NCBI GenBank assembly: GCA_013265495.1
Contig: MU058418.1
Location: 1,700,917 to 1,764,916 of the forward strand
DNA length: 64,000 bases
From: Vicugna vicugna
Taxonomy: Eukaryota
Direction: 5' to 3'
Positions 14,232 through 28,267 of the stretch are shown here, in pieces. The stretch's first letter is position 1. Each line of letters begins with the position of its first letter. The notes below the pieces were generated by a model. It saw only the letters and a list, made by a program, of their open reading frames with translations, made no database searches and was not told where the DNA came from. A program made the translations under genes and the position numbers.

Positions 14232-14729
14232 TGTAATAGGCAGCCTCCAATATGGCCCCAGTGATCCCTGATTCCTGTTATTCACACCTTTGTGTAGTCC
14301 CCTCCCATACTGTATCAGGGTGGGACCAATAGAATATGGCAGAAGTAATGATATCTCACTTCCCAAGATTAGGTCATAAAAGATTATTCTCCTCCCCTTT
14401 GGACCATTTGTTCTGGAGGAAGCCCACTACCGTGTCATGAGCAGCCCTATGGAGAGGTCCATGTGGTAAGGAACTGAAACCTCCTGCCAATTGTCATGTG
14501 AGTTAGCTTCAAAGCAGATTTCCAGTTCAGCCAACCCTTTATTGGACTATAGCTCCAGCTGTTATCTTGACTGCAACCTCATAAGAGAACCTGAGCCAAA
14601 ACCTCCCAGCTGGAGTCAGAACCTGCCAGCTAAACCACTCTCAACTTTCCAAAACTGTATGAGATAATGTTTGTTGTTTTAAGATATGTTTTGGGGTAAT
14701 TTGTTATGCAGCAATAGATAACAAATACA
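14232..14729 (+). mobile_element. MaLR LTR, MLT1F-like, complete
   Basis: TGTAATAGGCAGCCTCC...TTGTTATGCAGCAATAGATAACAAATACA, flanked by GTGATG on both sides. Confidence 0.85.
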
Positions 14730-14863
14730 GTGATGACTGAATGTATAATAGCCATTTGGTGACCCTGAGAATGAGAACCACATTCTAAGGCTAGTAGAAG
14801 GTTACTGTTAATATAGTTGAACATCACTATCAGCTCTGGACTACCTCAATTAAGATTTCTATG

Positions 14864-17800
14864 ACTAGACAGATCTTCCAGACAGAAAATAAATAAGGCA
14901 ACAGAGAAATTAAATAATACAATAGAAAAATTAGATTTGGTGGATATTAACAGAGCATTACACCCCCCAAAAATAGGATATACATTCTTTTCAAGTGCAC
15001 ATGGAACATTTTCCAGGATTGATCATGTACTTGGGCACAAAAGAAACCTCAACAATTTTAAGAAGGTAGAAATTATCTCAAGCATCTTACTGACCACAAT
15101 GCCATGAAACTAGAAATTAACTACAGAGAAACAAAGGAGAAAAAAGGAAAGCATAAAGACTAAACAATATGTTATTAAAAAAAACAACGGGTCAACGAGG
15201 AAATCAAAGCTGAAATTAAAAAATACCTTGAGACAAATGACAATGAAAGCACAACCACTCAAAATCTATGGGACACAGCAAAGGCAGTGCTAAGAGGGAA
15301 GTTTATAGCGATACAGGCCTTCCTCAAAAAAGAAGAACAATCTCAAATAAACAATTTAACCCACCAGCTGAATGAATTAGAAAAAGAAGAACAAAAAGCC
15401 CCAAAAGGCAGCAGAAGGAAGGAAATTATAAAGATTAGGGAGGAAATAAATAAAATAGAGATTAACAAGACCATAGAAAAAAATCAACCGAACCAAAAGC
15501 TGGTTTTTTGAAAAAGTAAATAAAATCGACAAACCTCTGGCCAAACTCACAAAGAAGGAAAAAGAGAGAGCACAAATTAGCAAAATAAGAAAGGAAAATG
15601 GAGAAATTACAACAAACAAAATAGAAATACAGAATATCATACAAGAATATTATGAAAAACTATATGGAACCAAGCTGGATAACCTAGAGGAGATGGACAA
15701 GTTTCTGGAAACATACTGTCCACCAAGACTGAATCAAGAAGAAACTGACTACTTGAACAAACCTATCACTAGAAATGAAATAGAAATAGCAATTAAAAAC
15801 CTCCCTACAAATAAAAGTCCAGGACCAGACGGCTTCACCGGGGAATTCTACCAAACATACAAAGAAGAACTCATACCAGTCCTTCTCAAACTCTTCCAGA
15901 CGATTGAAAAGGAGGGAATACTCCCAAACTCATTCTATGAAGCCACCATCACCCTGATACCAAAACCAGGCAAAGACACTACNNNNNNNNNNNNNNNNNN
16001 NNNNNNNNNNNNNNNNNNNNNNNNNNNNNNNNNNNNNNNNNNNNNNNNNNNNNNNNNNNNNNNNNNNNNNNNNNNNNNNNNNNNNNNNNNNNNNNNNNNN
16101 NNNNNNNNNNNNNNNNNNNNNNNNNNNNNNNNNNNNNNNNNNNNNNNNNNNNNNNNNNNNNNNNNNNNNNNNNNNNNNNNNNNNNNNNNNNNNNNNNNNN
16201 NNNNNNNNNNNNNNNNNNNNNNNNNNNNNNNNNNNNNNNNNNNNNNNNNNNNNNNNNNNNNNNNNNNNNNNNNNNNNNNNNNNNNNNNNNNNNNNNNNNN
16301 NNNNNNNNNNNNNNNNNNNNNNNNNNNNNNNNNNNNNNNNNNNNNNNNNNNNNNNNNNNNNNNNNNNNNNNNNNNNNNNNNNNNNNNNNNNNNNNNNNNN
16401 NNNNNNNNNNNNNNNNNNNNNNNNNNNNNNNNNNNNNNNNNNNNNNNNNNNNNNNNNTTGAAGAATTCAGCAACGTAGCAGGTTACAAGATTAACGTTCA
16501 AAAATCAGTTGCATTTCTTTACACTAACAATGAATCAACAGAAAAAGAAAGTAAAGAAACAATCCCCTTTAAAATAACACCCAAAGTAATAAAACATCTG
16601 GGAATAAATCTAACCAGGGAGGTCAAAGAATTATACACAGAAAATTATAAACCATTGATGAAGGAAATTAAAGAAGACTTTAAAAAATGGAAAGATATCC
16701 CATGCTCTTGGATTGGAAGAATCAGTATTGTTAAAATGGTCATACTGCCCAAGGCAATCTACAGATTTAATGCANNNNNNNNNNNNNNNNNNNNNNNNNN
16801 NNNNNNNNNNNNNNNNNNNNNNNNNNNNNNNNNNNNNNNNNNNNNNNNNNNNNNNNNNNNNNNNNNNNNNNNNNNNNCAAGACAGCATTGGTACAAAAAC
16901 AGACATACAGACCAATGGAACAGAATAGAGAGCCCAGAAATGAACCCACAAACTTTTGGTCAACTAATCTTCGACAAAGGAGGCAAGAATATACAATACA
17001 ATGNNNNNNNNNNNNNNNNNNNNNNNNNNNNNNNNNNNNNNNNNNNNNNNNNNNNNNNNNNNNNNNNNNNNNNNNNNNNNNNNNNNNNNNNNNNNNNNNN
17101 NNNNNNNNNNNNNNNNNNNNNNNNNNNNNNNNNNNNNNNNNNNNNNNNNNNNAATAAACCTCGGAAAATATAGGCAAAACATTATCTGACATACATTTCA
17201 AAAATTTTCTCCTAGAAGAAATAAAAGCAAGAATAAACAAATGGGACCTAATGAAACTTATAAGCTTCTGCACTGCAAAGGAAACCATAAGTAAAACAAA
17301 AAGACAACCTACAGAAGGCGAGAAAATCTTTGCAAATGAAATTGAAAAAGNNNNNNNNNNNNNNNNNNNNNNNNNNNNNNNNNNNNNNNNNNNNNNNNNN
17401 NNNNNNNNNNNNNNNNNNNNNNNNNNNNNNNNNNNNNNNNNNNNNNNNNNNNNNNNNNNNNNNNNNNNNNNNNNNNNNNNNNNNNNNNNNNNNNNNNNNN
17501 NNNNNNNNNNNNNNNNNNNNNNNNNNNNNNNNNNNNNNNNNNNNNNNNNNNNNNNNNNNNNNNNNNNNNNNNNNNNNNNNNNNNNNNNNNNNNNNNNNNN
17601 NNNNNNNNGGAACCCTCCTACACTGCTGGTGGGAATGCAGTTTGGTGCAGCCACTGTGGAAAACAGTATGGAGATTCCTCAAAAGACTAGGAATAGACTT
17701 ACCATATGACCCAGGAATCCCACTCCTGGGCTTATATCCAGAAGGAACACTACTTCAGGATGACACCTGCACCCCAATGTTCATAGCAGCACTATTTACA

Positions 17801-18318
17801 ATAGCCAAAACATGGAAACAGCCTAAATGTCCATCAATGGATGACTGGATAAAGATGATGTGGTATATTTATACAACGGAATACTACTCAGCCATAAAAA
17901 CCGACAACATAACGCCATTTGCAGCAACACGGATGCTGCTAGAGAATGTCATTCTAAGTGAAGTAAGCCAGAAAGAGAAAGAAAAATACCATATGAGATT
18001 GCTCATATGTGGAATCTAAAAAACAAAGCATAAATACAAAACAGAAATAGACTCATAGACATAGAATACAAACTTGTGGTTGCCAGGGGGGTGGAGGGTG
18101 GGAAGGGATAGACGGGATTTTAAAATTGTAGAATAGATAAACAAGATTATACTGTAAAGCACAGGGAAATATACACAAGATCTTATGGTAGCTCACAGAG
18201 AAAAAAATGTGACAATGAATATATGTATGTTCATGTATAACTGAAGAATTGTGCTCTACACTGGAATTTGACACAATGTTGTAAAATGATTATAAATCAA
18301 TAAAAAATGTTAAAAAAA
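14864..18318 (+). mobile_element. Young lineage-specific LINE-1, 5'-truncated within the ORF2 endonuclease, non-intact
   Basis: ORF2 motifs [42 protein letters not shown] and CWWEC. ORF2 ends ICGI* at 18019, followed by a 3'UTR and poly(A). TSD AAGATTTCTATG at 14852-14863 and 18319-18330. Frameshifts and stops are visible. Confidence 0.96.
15983..17608. other. Four assembly gaps: 15983-16457, 16775-16877, 17004-17152, 17351-17608
   Basis: Runs of N inside the young L1. Confidence 0.99.
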
Positions 18319-21300
18319 AAGATTTCTATGGAAGAAGATCTCTATCTGCTTATGCCACATGGTCAAGTTTTCTGTTATCTGCAGCCAAACATATTCCTAA
18401 GTGACACACTCAACAATTTCCAAAACCCAGTTACAGTTTTCAAAGAGAGGTTCTTTGATTTAAAGTTTTGCTTCTGCTCAGAAGTTCATACTTCTCTATC
18501 TTCTGGAACCCAGCTGTTCATTTCCTGATCCAGAAAAAAAATACCCAGGCTGTCCCACAGGTACTCCTAGTATTTAAAGGCAATGGTTAGAATTATTCAG
18601 CAAGCAATTACAATTCTTTAAGTAGCACGCCTACTAATCTTAAAATACATTTCCCATTGATGTATCCTTTAAAAAAAAACTATTCAGCTACACTCCAAAA
18701 CATAGAGAATTCAGGAATGGAATCTAAACTGTTAGATTATATAATGGTTTTCTCTTAGGATGCTTGGCTTTATCATATGAAGTCTAGGAACGTGTTCCCC
18801 ACAAAGAGCAGAGACTAGCTTTCTTTACCCTGCATGAAGTGCAGAAAAAGTGAGGCTTAAGCTCAAAAAAACTCCTCTCCTAAAACCCCCACATTCCCTC
18901 TTCTAAATGTAAGTCTCTCTCTAGATGCCAAAAGATGCCAAAACTGTAACACAAAACAGAAGGAAAGTTTCATTTGGCACAGAAGTAAAAGTAATTTAGA
19001 TCCAGTGACCTTGCTTTGTTTTTTCTTTCCAAGTGTGCAGTTGTTCAGAGATAGAGGCAACACAGCCCCAGAAGAGGAAGAAAAATTACAGGAAATCCTG
19101 ATCCATGCTTATCCAAAACCATCAAAAATCTAGGCAACTGACATTCACTCATATGATACCTTTTAAGTTGTCAGCAATTCTTGGCAAATATAAGAACAGA
19201 AAATAACTTCAGCAGCTCTGAGCTCGAAAAGGCTTAGAGTTCTCACAGGTCCCTTGCCCTTGAAAAAAGGTGAGGTAGGGGAAGGACATAGGAAAGTAAA
19301 TTTAGCCAGAAAATAAACCTTCTGCTCTAAGAGATAACATGATCCAAGATACCAGGCATACTACATTTGAGGAAACATCAAATTTAATATAAAGTTTTCC
19401 AAAATTTAGGCAACTTCATATATATAAATTTGTAGACGGTAACTTCTCAACATTTAACAAACCCAAGGAAGTCATTTCTTAAAATTTATTTTTAAGGAAA
19501 TTTCATTTTAACTGTAAAAAGATATAAAAAGGATCTTTGAAGCCAGCTAAAGTACACTGCTAGATTCTAATAGCAGATTAGCCAAGTAAAGCAGACACAA
19601 AACGGTACTGCATAGAAATGTGACAGTTGCTCTTCCAATGATCAGTAGATTGGCCTATAATGTTTACTCAACTGCATATTTTCAGAACTAATACAACATG
19701 AATTGATAAACCTGGAACAGTTCCTTGATTCTAAAACATGGTCACTTCCATAACAGCTACATGTAAAAAAGAACAGGCAGGCAAAATTTGATATACGAGT
19801 TCCCATCTCCTACAGACCCACACAGCACTCTTATTGTGCTCAGAGAAGCTGTCGTATTTATGCATATTTTTGCTTCTGATCTGTGGAATATAGGATTAAA
19901 TTCAGTTCTATTACTTATTCTCCCCTATGTTGCCCCCACCAACACTTCTAATAATTGATAATATACTATTCTAAAGAGTTATTTATGAGAATTTTCTTGA
20001 GACGTTTCTTCAATTTGACCATTCACAGGAAGACCAGCCTAGACCATAACAATGAAAGTGAACTCCACCAGAGGCAAGACAATATGAGTAAGCTTGGGGA
20101 CTTCCCCTTTGCTACACCCTGGTACTCTTTGACCTACTTTGGTTTTCTACAAATCACTCCTTTAGTTCTCAGCTTGAAAGCACCAAAGCTAGGCTCCATT
20201 AAGCATTGTGCATTAATGATAAAAACAACAACATGCATATATATTTATATTAAGGAGTAAATACTACCTAACCTGTAAAAAAGTCTCACCACTAAATAAA
20301 ACATTAACAAAGGATAATTTTTTGAGGGTTATTTTTTTCTCCCTGGAATAGATTCTAAAACACTTAAAAGGAGACTTTTCCGGGAAGTTTTACAAGAAAT
20401 GCTGTAATAGTGTTTCCATACTAGCGCTTTCTGTGTGCAGCCTTGACCTGTAGATCCCAGCTACATGTAGGCTCTTTTGGGGAAAGAGCCTGTTTATAAA
20501 ACCTTAAAATTTCTAACTGGAGTGAGAGAGGTCTGACCTGCCAAGTCTTTTTTCCTATGGGAGAATATGCATTTTGTCTTTTCCAAGGATTAGTTCAGTA
20601 CTGTGGAGTTTTATAAAGATTTTAGACAAGTGCCATGTGAAAGTAAAGAGTAATGACAGAGAGCAAATCTCTTTTAGAGGGAAAATCCCTGAAAGGCACA
20701 GACAATTCCCTCCTTCATTTACCTTTTTAGGTCAGAAAAAGTAGGCCATTAATGACTATAATTAGTACAGTATCTGTAGGATGCTCCATTCTACTTTAAC
20801 TACATAGAATAATTTAATCTTATTTAAATTATGATTAAATGAGATTGGTACTGACTGTGTCATAAAGCCACTTAGTAAGACTCAGAAAATTTGTTACTGG
20901 AAGGTAGCAATTTTTTCCCCAAGACAAGTGACAAAGAGAATCAGGAAGAGTAACATATTTTTCCTTCCCTCTGTTAAATTTACACCAGACACCTTTTCAA
21001 TGTCTCAAGAGGGAAGTATACACTATTCTTTCTAACTTCTCCTCCCATCTTTCCATCAGGCTAGGCTGACTTTAAATCAAAGAAATTTAAATGGTTAATT
21101 CAATAAATGTGCATGAGCCTTGATTTAATTTGTGATTAAATCTGCTACAATAATAACAGAAAGCTAACATTTTCTTTAAAAATATATTCAACCCTTTAAA
21201 ATATCTTACACATATTATTCACAACTCAGATGTAGACCTAACTTTAAAATGTGCATAATATAAAATTAAAGCAACAGTAAGTTTTTTTCTACTTTAAAAT

Positions 21301-24169
21301 TCTCTCAGGGAAAACAATGAGCTAACATAGAAACTTGGGAACCACCTCTGATTTCACAGATTAAATCTAAATAATTGAAAGGCATATTATATAAGGAAAA
21401 AGTAGCCTTCACCAAAAAAAAAAAAATTTCCCAATTTAAAGTGTTAGAACTTTTAATTTCTGTATAATATAAAAATAAAAATTTTTGAACATTTTCAATT
21501 ATAAAGATAAATGTATTATTTTAAACAAAAATTAAATGGTCATATCAGAATTGATTTCATCTAATATTTTGGGTATCTGTATCTGTATCTGTATTTCTTT
21601 CACCAGGTTAGGCCCAGGAGCAACAGTTTAAAGAGAAACAAGTCAGGGTAGAGGGGAGAATGGGAGAGAATGCAGAAAAAAGAGAAAGCCCTGGATGTGG
21701 AAATGTTCATGAAGGAGATGGGAGGAATTAAGAGAAAGTTTAGGGAACTACTACTGAGGAATTGTCTTTGCACTCTTACTGGGAACTCACTATCATGACA
21801 TTTGCCAAATCCTTGAATCCGGAGGTCTCTGAGATTAATACTGTGACCACTGCTAGGTTCTCTTTGCATTTTTTCTGGTATACCTTCGTGGATTTAACCT
21901 TTTGATTATACTTTGTAGCAGGAGACTCTTGTGTTATCTTCTAATCTGATTATCTTTCCACCCAGTCTATAAATTCCTCTGCAGGGGAACTTTCTACATT
22001 TGTGTAGAAAGATGTTCATTGCATGTTATGAAGTTAATACAGCATTTTAAGGAGGGAAAGAAAAAACTTTTACAAGTCATCTGGTATCTCATAATGTCTG
22101 AAAATAGTTATACTTTTAAACAGGATAGAAAGCCTTTTAAAAATTTAGGTTTTCTTCTATTTCCTTTTAACTTTACTCGTATCAGTGCTAAGTTAAAAGA
22201 AACAAAATTGAGCTATCTGTATAATTTTGGATTCAAAGAATTAATTGAAATTCATGACATGGAAGTTAACATGAATGGTAAAGTCATCATGAAATAGTCT
22301 AAGGATCTTAGTGAACTACTATTTAGTCTTGTCGCTAAACTGGCTTGATATCTGCCAAACTCTAAGGTTCCTGACTTCATCCCTTTTTTTCCTGTAGACT
22401 ATGATCATTCCAAATCTTCAGTTATACCCTTAATGTTCTTAAATTATATACCAAGATGATATAAAAAGGCTTATGGGTGACTACAGTGGTAGCTTAGGGT
22501 CAATAAACCTAGAAGTGACTCAGGCCCCCTATCAGGCTGTGATGGAACATAATATATGTGACTACAAAGCATCATGGATTCAGCTATGTAGACAAGACTC
22601 TGCCCCATGATGTACTAGTTGATGTCAAAATAGAAAATGATTTATGGACAGTATGTAGTACTTGAGAACAAAAAGCAAGATCTGAAAGCCACAAGTTATC
22701 ATTAAATCAAAATTTGGGTCATAAACAGCTGTTTTTTAGAACAGTTTAGAGAACAGCAAATATTAGAAAGAAAGAGAAGGAAAGAAAAGATGTCAAGTAT
22801 AAACAAGCCTACATCACTGATAATGTACTTTAATGTTGGCAATATTGGTGTGGTGACAAACTAGTAATACTGCAGCAATCTCTTCTCAAATAACAAAAGG
22901 CAAAACAACAAACCGCCCCCTCTTTTACACTTTTTACACCCATCTATCGCTGGCAAGCTTTCACATCACCAAATATACTGTGACAATTTAAAAAGTTACT
23001 AATAATAGTACTGTGTGCTTAGTTTTTTCATTAACTGAGACCATATAGGTTACCTTTCACATATGAAACTATGTAATTTGAGTAAGACACATGAAATAAC
23101 TGGGGTAGTTATTTATCCTAATATTTACCCCAACCACTTTTCCTGCTATTGGACTAACCTCCTGAACTGCCAAACTTAAAATTTTACATTTATTTTTGGT
23201 ATCTCTCTCCCTCCAGTCCCCAAATTTAAGAGCACATTCTTTTTAATCCTCTTTTTCTACTGTCTCTCACTTTCACATCTATTTCCTTAACTTTCATAAA
23301 CTTTTATTTTCCTTAACTATATAGGCATATTTGAGAATCATTATCATTCAGTGTTCTTACAGGTTTATAAAAAATATTTTCACCTAATGCTGTTATTACG
23401 TGTTATAATGCCTCTCAGTTTTATAAGAATGAATGTTACTTAGTTTCTCCTATTCCTATTTCCATTTAGTCATTCAATTTTCAGAGATCTGTTTTTTATT
23501 ATTTAATTTTAAAAGAAATAATAATCTACTATGCTTTAAATAAGTAAAATATAAACTCATTTCCTTTTTTAAATAACTTAACTGACTCTCACACACATTC
23601 CCTTCTATGGGCTCATGGAGACATAGGGAGGAAACTCTGAAGCAGAGTTGTTCTTCTTTCTGAAGTAGCCTCAAAGGTTACCATGAGACGACTAGAAAAT
23701 TTTAAAAAAGGAGAAAAGGAAAAACACAATTATTGGGCTTAATAGGGACAAGGCTGCCAGCCAAAAAAACAAAATACATGTGTACTAAGGTGTAGAAAAG
23801 GCTCTGGATCACACATTTGTCTTTCAGACATTTGTGGACTGAGTGATAATAATATTCTCAGTGTCCCAAAATACTGTCCATTTAATAAAGACAGAAAAAT
23901 AGAAAACTTAAAAATATAATTAGTTTTCTTTAAAATCTAGTACTACCTTCTTCTAGTATAATACAAAATACTACCTATAATTATCATCGAAAACCAAGAC
24001 AGTGAAGGTTTTTTTTTTTAACAAAGAATTTCTTTTAGCAGTTTGTTTTCTAGTGTAGGGTAACACCCTAAGGCAGTAAAGAATAAGCTCACCTCTCAAA
24101 TTTTGAAAGAGGTATCTTTCGAATGGATAAAAGAGTTACTACCTATACACATAGTAGAAGGTAAAATCT

Positions 24170-25500
24170 AAAAACTAAAACATAAATCAATTAAGTTAGA
24201 ATACTCCCTTACCCCATACACAAAAATAAACTCAAAATGACTTAAAGACTTAAATATAAGACAAGACACTATAAAGCTCCTAGGAGAAAACATAGGCAAA
24301 ACATTCTCTAACATAAATCTTAGCAACATTCTCTTAGGGCAGTCTACCCAGGCAATGGAAATAAGACCAAAAATAAACAAATGGGACCTAATTAAAATCA
24401 TAAGCTTTTGCACAGCAAAGGAAACCATAAGCAAAACAAAACAACAATCTACGGAATAAAAGAAAATATTTGTAAATGATGCGACTGATAAAGACTTAAT
24501 TTCCAGAATACATAAACAGTTCATACAACTTAATAACAAAAAAACCCCCAAACAACCCAATCCAAAATGGGCAGAAGATCTAAACAAGCAATTCTTCAAT
24601 GAAGACATACAAATGGACAACAGGTATATGAAAAAATGCTCAGTAACATTAATTATCAGAGAAATGCAAATCAAAACTACAATGAGGTATCACCTCACAC
24701 CAGTCAGAATGGCCATCATTCAAAAGTCCATGAATGATAAATGCTGGAGAGGTTGTGGAGAAAAGGGAACCCTCCTATACTGCTGGTGGGAATGTAGTTT
24801 CATGCAGCCATTATAGAAAACAGATTGGAGATTCCTCAAAAAACTTAAAATAGACTTACCATACGATCCAGCAATCCCACTTTTGGGTTTATATCTGGAG
24901 GGAACTCTAATGCGAAAAGATACGTGCACCCTAATGTTCATAGCACTATGTACAATTGCCCAGACATGGAAGCAACCTAAACGTCCACCAGCAGATGACT
25001 GGATAAAGAAGTTGTGTTATATTTATACAATGGAATACTACTCGGCCATAAAAAAGAATAAAATAATGCCATTTGCAGCAGCATGGATGGACCTAGAGAC
25101 CATCATTTTAAGTGAAGTAAGCTAGAAAGAGAAAGAAAAATACCATATGCTATCACTCCTATGTAGAATCTAAAAAAAAAGACACTATGAACTCATCTAT
25201 AAAACAGAAACTGACTTGTAGACTTAGTAAACAATCTTATGGTTACCAGGGAAAGGCGGTGGGAAGGGATAAATTGAGAAGTCTGATAGTTACAAATGTT
25301 AGCCACTATATATAAAAATAGATTTTTAAAAAGTTTCTTCTGTATAGCACAGGGAACTATGTTCAATATCTTGTAATAACCTTTAATGAAAAAAATATGA
25401 AAATGAATATATGTATGGATATATATGCATGACTGGGACATTGTGCTGTATACCAGAAATTGACACATTGTAACTAACTGTACTTCAATTAAAATAAAAT
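24170..25500 (+). mobile_element. LINE-1 3' fragment (ORF2 C-terminus and 3'UTR), a different subfamily from 14864-18318
   Basis: [17 protein letters not shown]...[18 protein letters not shown]. The 3'UTR ends GAAATTGACACATTGTAACTAACTGTACTTCAAT followed by an A-tail. Confidence 0.93.
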
Positions 25501-26006
25501 TAAGATAATACTCTAGAAATCCTGGCTTTACATCGAAATTAATTCTCTCTAATACTTATATTGACAGGTAATCCTTTGTTAGATACCATATCTTGATTTT
25601 TGGCTTAATAACATATCTGTAAACTGTTAATAAAAACACACAAACCTACAATTTGTATTCATATCACTTTCTCCCTAGAGCCTTTGCAGTAGCTTCCTAA
25701 TGAGGGGAGAAGCAAGCTCAAGCCTATTTAGGAAGCAGATTTAAATCACTATGGTTTTCTTTTTTTTTTTTAAGGGGGCGTGGTGGTGGAGGTTTACTAC
25801 TTCTCTTTTTCCCCTGCAGTGAGGATAAGGGAGTCATGTGAAAACCTGTGGGATAGGATGAAATAGAAAGTAGGTAGGACTCATATATGGGTCTATTCTA
25901 TTTCCCTTAGAAAAATTTGACCAATTTGGTAACTAAGGTCTGGACATGTATCATAGCACTGAGATTATCCGATGGCATTTAAACTTAATAAAAAATGAAG
26001 CCAAAG

Positions 26007-26154
26007 GCGGGGGAGGGTATAGCTCAGTGGTAGAGCATGTACTTAGCATGTACAAGGTCCTAGGTTCAATCTCCAGTACTTCCATTAAAAATAAACAAAC
26101 AAATAAACAAACCTAATTACCCACCACTGGGAAAAAAACCCATAAAAATAGAAA
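26007..26154 (+). mobile_element. tRNA-Ala-derived SINE (Vic-1 type)
   Basis: GGGGAGGGTATAGCTCAGTGGTAGAG head. Perfect 17-bp TSD AAAAAATGAAGCCAAAG at 25990-26006 and 26155-26171. Confidence 0.94.
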
Positions 26155-26630
26155 AAAAAATGAAGCCAAAGAAGTCAACTAGTCTTCTATTTTCAGGAAT
26201 GTGTGATATGAAGTAAAGAAAAGGAACGTATTCTGGAGGGGACTCTGAAAGAGTCAGTAATGAAAAGATGATGTCATAGTGCTTAGCAGCAGAGTGGAAA
26301 CCCAAGAAATTCACCAAATGGTTATCTAATTCTACGGGGGAAAAAAAACTAAGGGGGCTTCTAGGAAGATGATGGAATAAATGCTCATTCTTAGGAAATC
26401 TATCATAGAACAACCAAACTATGAGAATCAGTGAAAAACAGACCCAAAAAACTAACAAGATAAAATTCAGAATATCATACAACTCTAAAGTAGTTAACTT
26501 TAGTCTAAGGAACAAGTATTAAAAACTACCAAATGGGAAGAAGTTGCAAGGGGTCCACCTAAAATAGTCAAACTATCTAGACCACTTGAATAACCAACAG
26601 ATATAAATGAACACTATTTTAAAAGATGGT

Positions 26631-26876
26631 GGGGGAGGAGGGTATAGCTCAGTGGTAGAGAGTATGCTTAACATGTACGAGGTCCTGGGTTCAATCCTCA
26701 GTACCTCCACTTAAAAAACAAATAAACAAATAAACTTAATTACCTCATACAAAAAACCCAATAATTTAAAAATAATAAAATGAATAAATTCAAATAAAAA
26801 ACAAGACAAAAAAGAAACTGACACAACATTATAAACTGACTATACTTCAATCTTAAAAAAAGCAAACAAACAAACA
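26631..26876 (+). mobile_element. tRNA-Ala-derived SINE with an appended L1-like 3' terminus
   Basis: Same SINE head, an extended A-rich linker, then AGAAACTGACACAACATTATAAACTGACTATACTTCAAT (26813-26851) and an A-tail. Confidence 0.85.
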
Positions 26877-27436
26877 AAAGACTGGGAGAATTCCATGTTT
26901 TAGAACTCAAGATATAAGCAAGAATAGACACTTCATCTAAGATGGATATTGATATATGCATGTAATGCCTTAATCAAAAACAAATACATATTAGCTACCT
27001 TGATCACGGTGGTGGTTTCATTGGTGTATACATTTATCATAATTCATCAAATTGTACATCTGAAATCTGTGTAGTTTTCTGTACAGGAATCATACCACAA
27101 TAAAGGTGTTAAAAAAAAAAGAATGAATAATGTCTGCTCCCACAAGAAACATATTGCAACAGTAAAAGACAGTGTTAAACTTAGAGAGTCTATGCCAAGA
27201 AAAACTGATTTGCCTAGGTCAACTATCAATGAAGACTTGCAGTACAGCAAACATAAATCACATTTGAAGTAGTAAAGAGATGCCAGAACACAAAAGAAAT
27301 ATTCAGATCTGGGGGAAAAAACCCAAAATGTAAAAGCTATTCTCATCTCATTACCTCCTTGGACAATGTTATTCTGGTGCAATAACAAAATCAATTGTTT
27401 CCTTAGATAGGTTTATTTAAAATATATTCTTTTGCA

Positions 27437-27552
27437 GGGGAGGGTATAGCTCAGTGGTAAAGTGTGTGCTTATGTCCAAGGTCCTGGATTCAATTCCCGG
27501 TACCTCCATTAAAATAAACCTAATTACCCGCCCCTCCCATCCCCCAAATTTA
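27437..27552 (+). mobile_element. tRNA-Ala-derived SINE (Vic-1 type)
   Basis: Same head with a small deletion; degenerate TSD ...ATATTCTTTT. Confidence 0.88.
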
Positions 27553-28267
27553 AAAATGCATATTCTTTTTAACCTTTCATTTTAATACCATTTAATTTAG
27601 TTGCTTTCCTGATGAATAAAAGATCATATAACCCTAAGAGCCTGCAGTCTGGATGTCCCACTGTCCTGTAGCCCTTATTATTCAACAAAATAAACATGAA
27701 TCCCAATGTCTTCCCAACTATACAACTTCCCCTCCCCATCCACAGAGATCTCATTTATCTGGGCACAAACGAATTGTCTCCCTTCACTGTAGGCTTCTCC
27801 ACACTGTAACACACTTCCCTGAGCTCTCATGGCACTCCCCAACACACTGCCCACTCCACCATCGTTCTCCACAGCGTCACTTAATATGCAGTCATCAAGT
27901 GTAAAAGTCTTTCATGGGCAGAGGAAGTCTCCTAAAACTGGATGCTAAATATGACTGTTCTCCAAATGCAAAGAAAATAAGAATGACTATAAACACTTCA
28001 AAGGGTACCCTCATTCCAATAGCTATATCCCAATCTTATTCTCCCTCTCTCCAGACTTTTGTCTTTCATCTCCCTTCCCTTGTTTCCAAATCCTCAAATC
28101 TTGAAAAATTCCCCCTCCAACTACTCTCATTCTTGACTATTCACCAGAGCAATTTATTTTTGCTGCTGCCTTCTACCAGATCAGCCCAAAGTGCTACCTT
28201 TTTCACAGCCCCAATTCACCCATCAAGATGTTCTCATAAACAGCATGAAATAAATATAATATAGGTA

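Larger units (their letters stand above)
14030..18407 (+). mobile_element. Old MaLR (MLT1J-like) LTR split into 14030-14231, 14730-14863 and 18331-18407
   Basis: MLT1 motifs CCCAGCCTCCCTTG, TTCTGGCCAATGAGA and terminal TTTTCTGTTATCTGCAGCCAAA...GACACA rejoin when the nested elements are removed. Confidence 0.65.

Noticed and set aside
15693..18019. Long ORFs spanning N runs
   Set aside because: Gap artefacts within L1 ORF2; the element is truncated and frameshifted.
24168..24674. 168-aa hydrophobic minus-strand ORF and similar short ORFs elsewhere
   Set aside because: Antisense reading of A-rich L1 or SINE sequence; not host genes.
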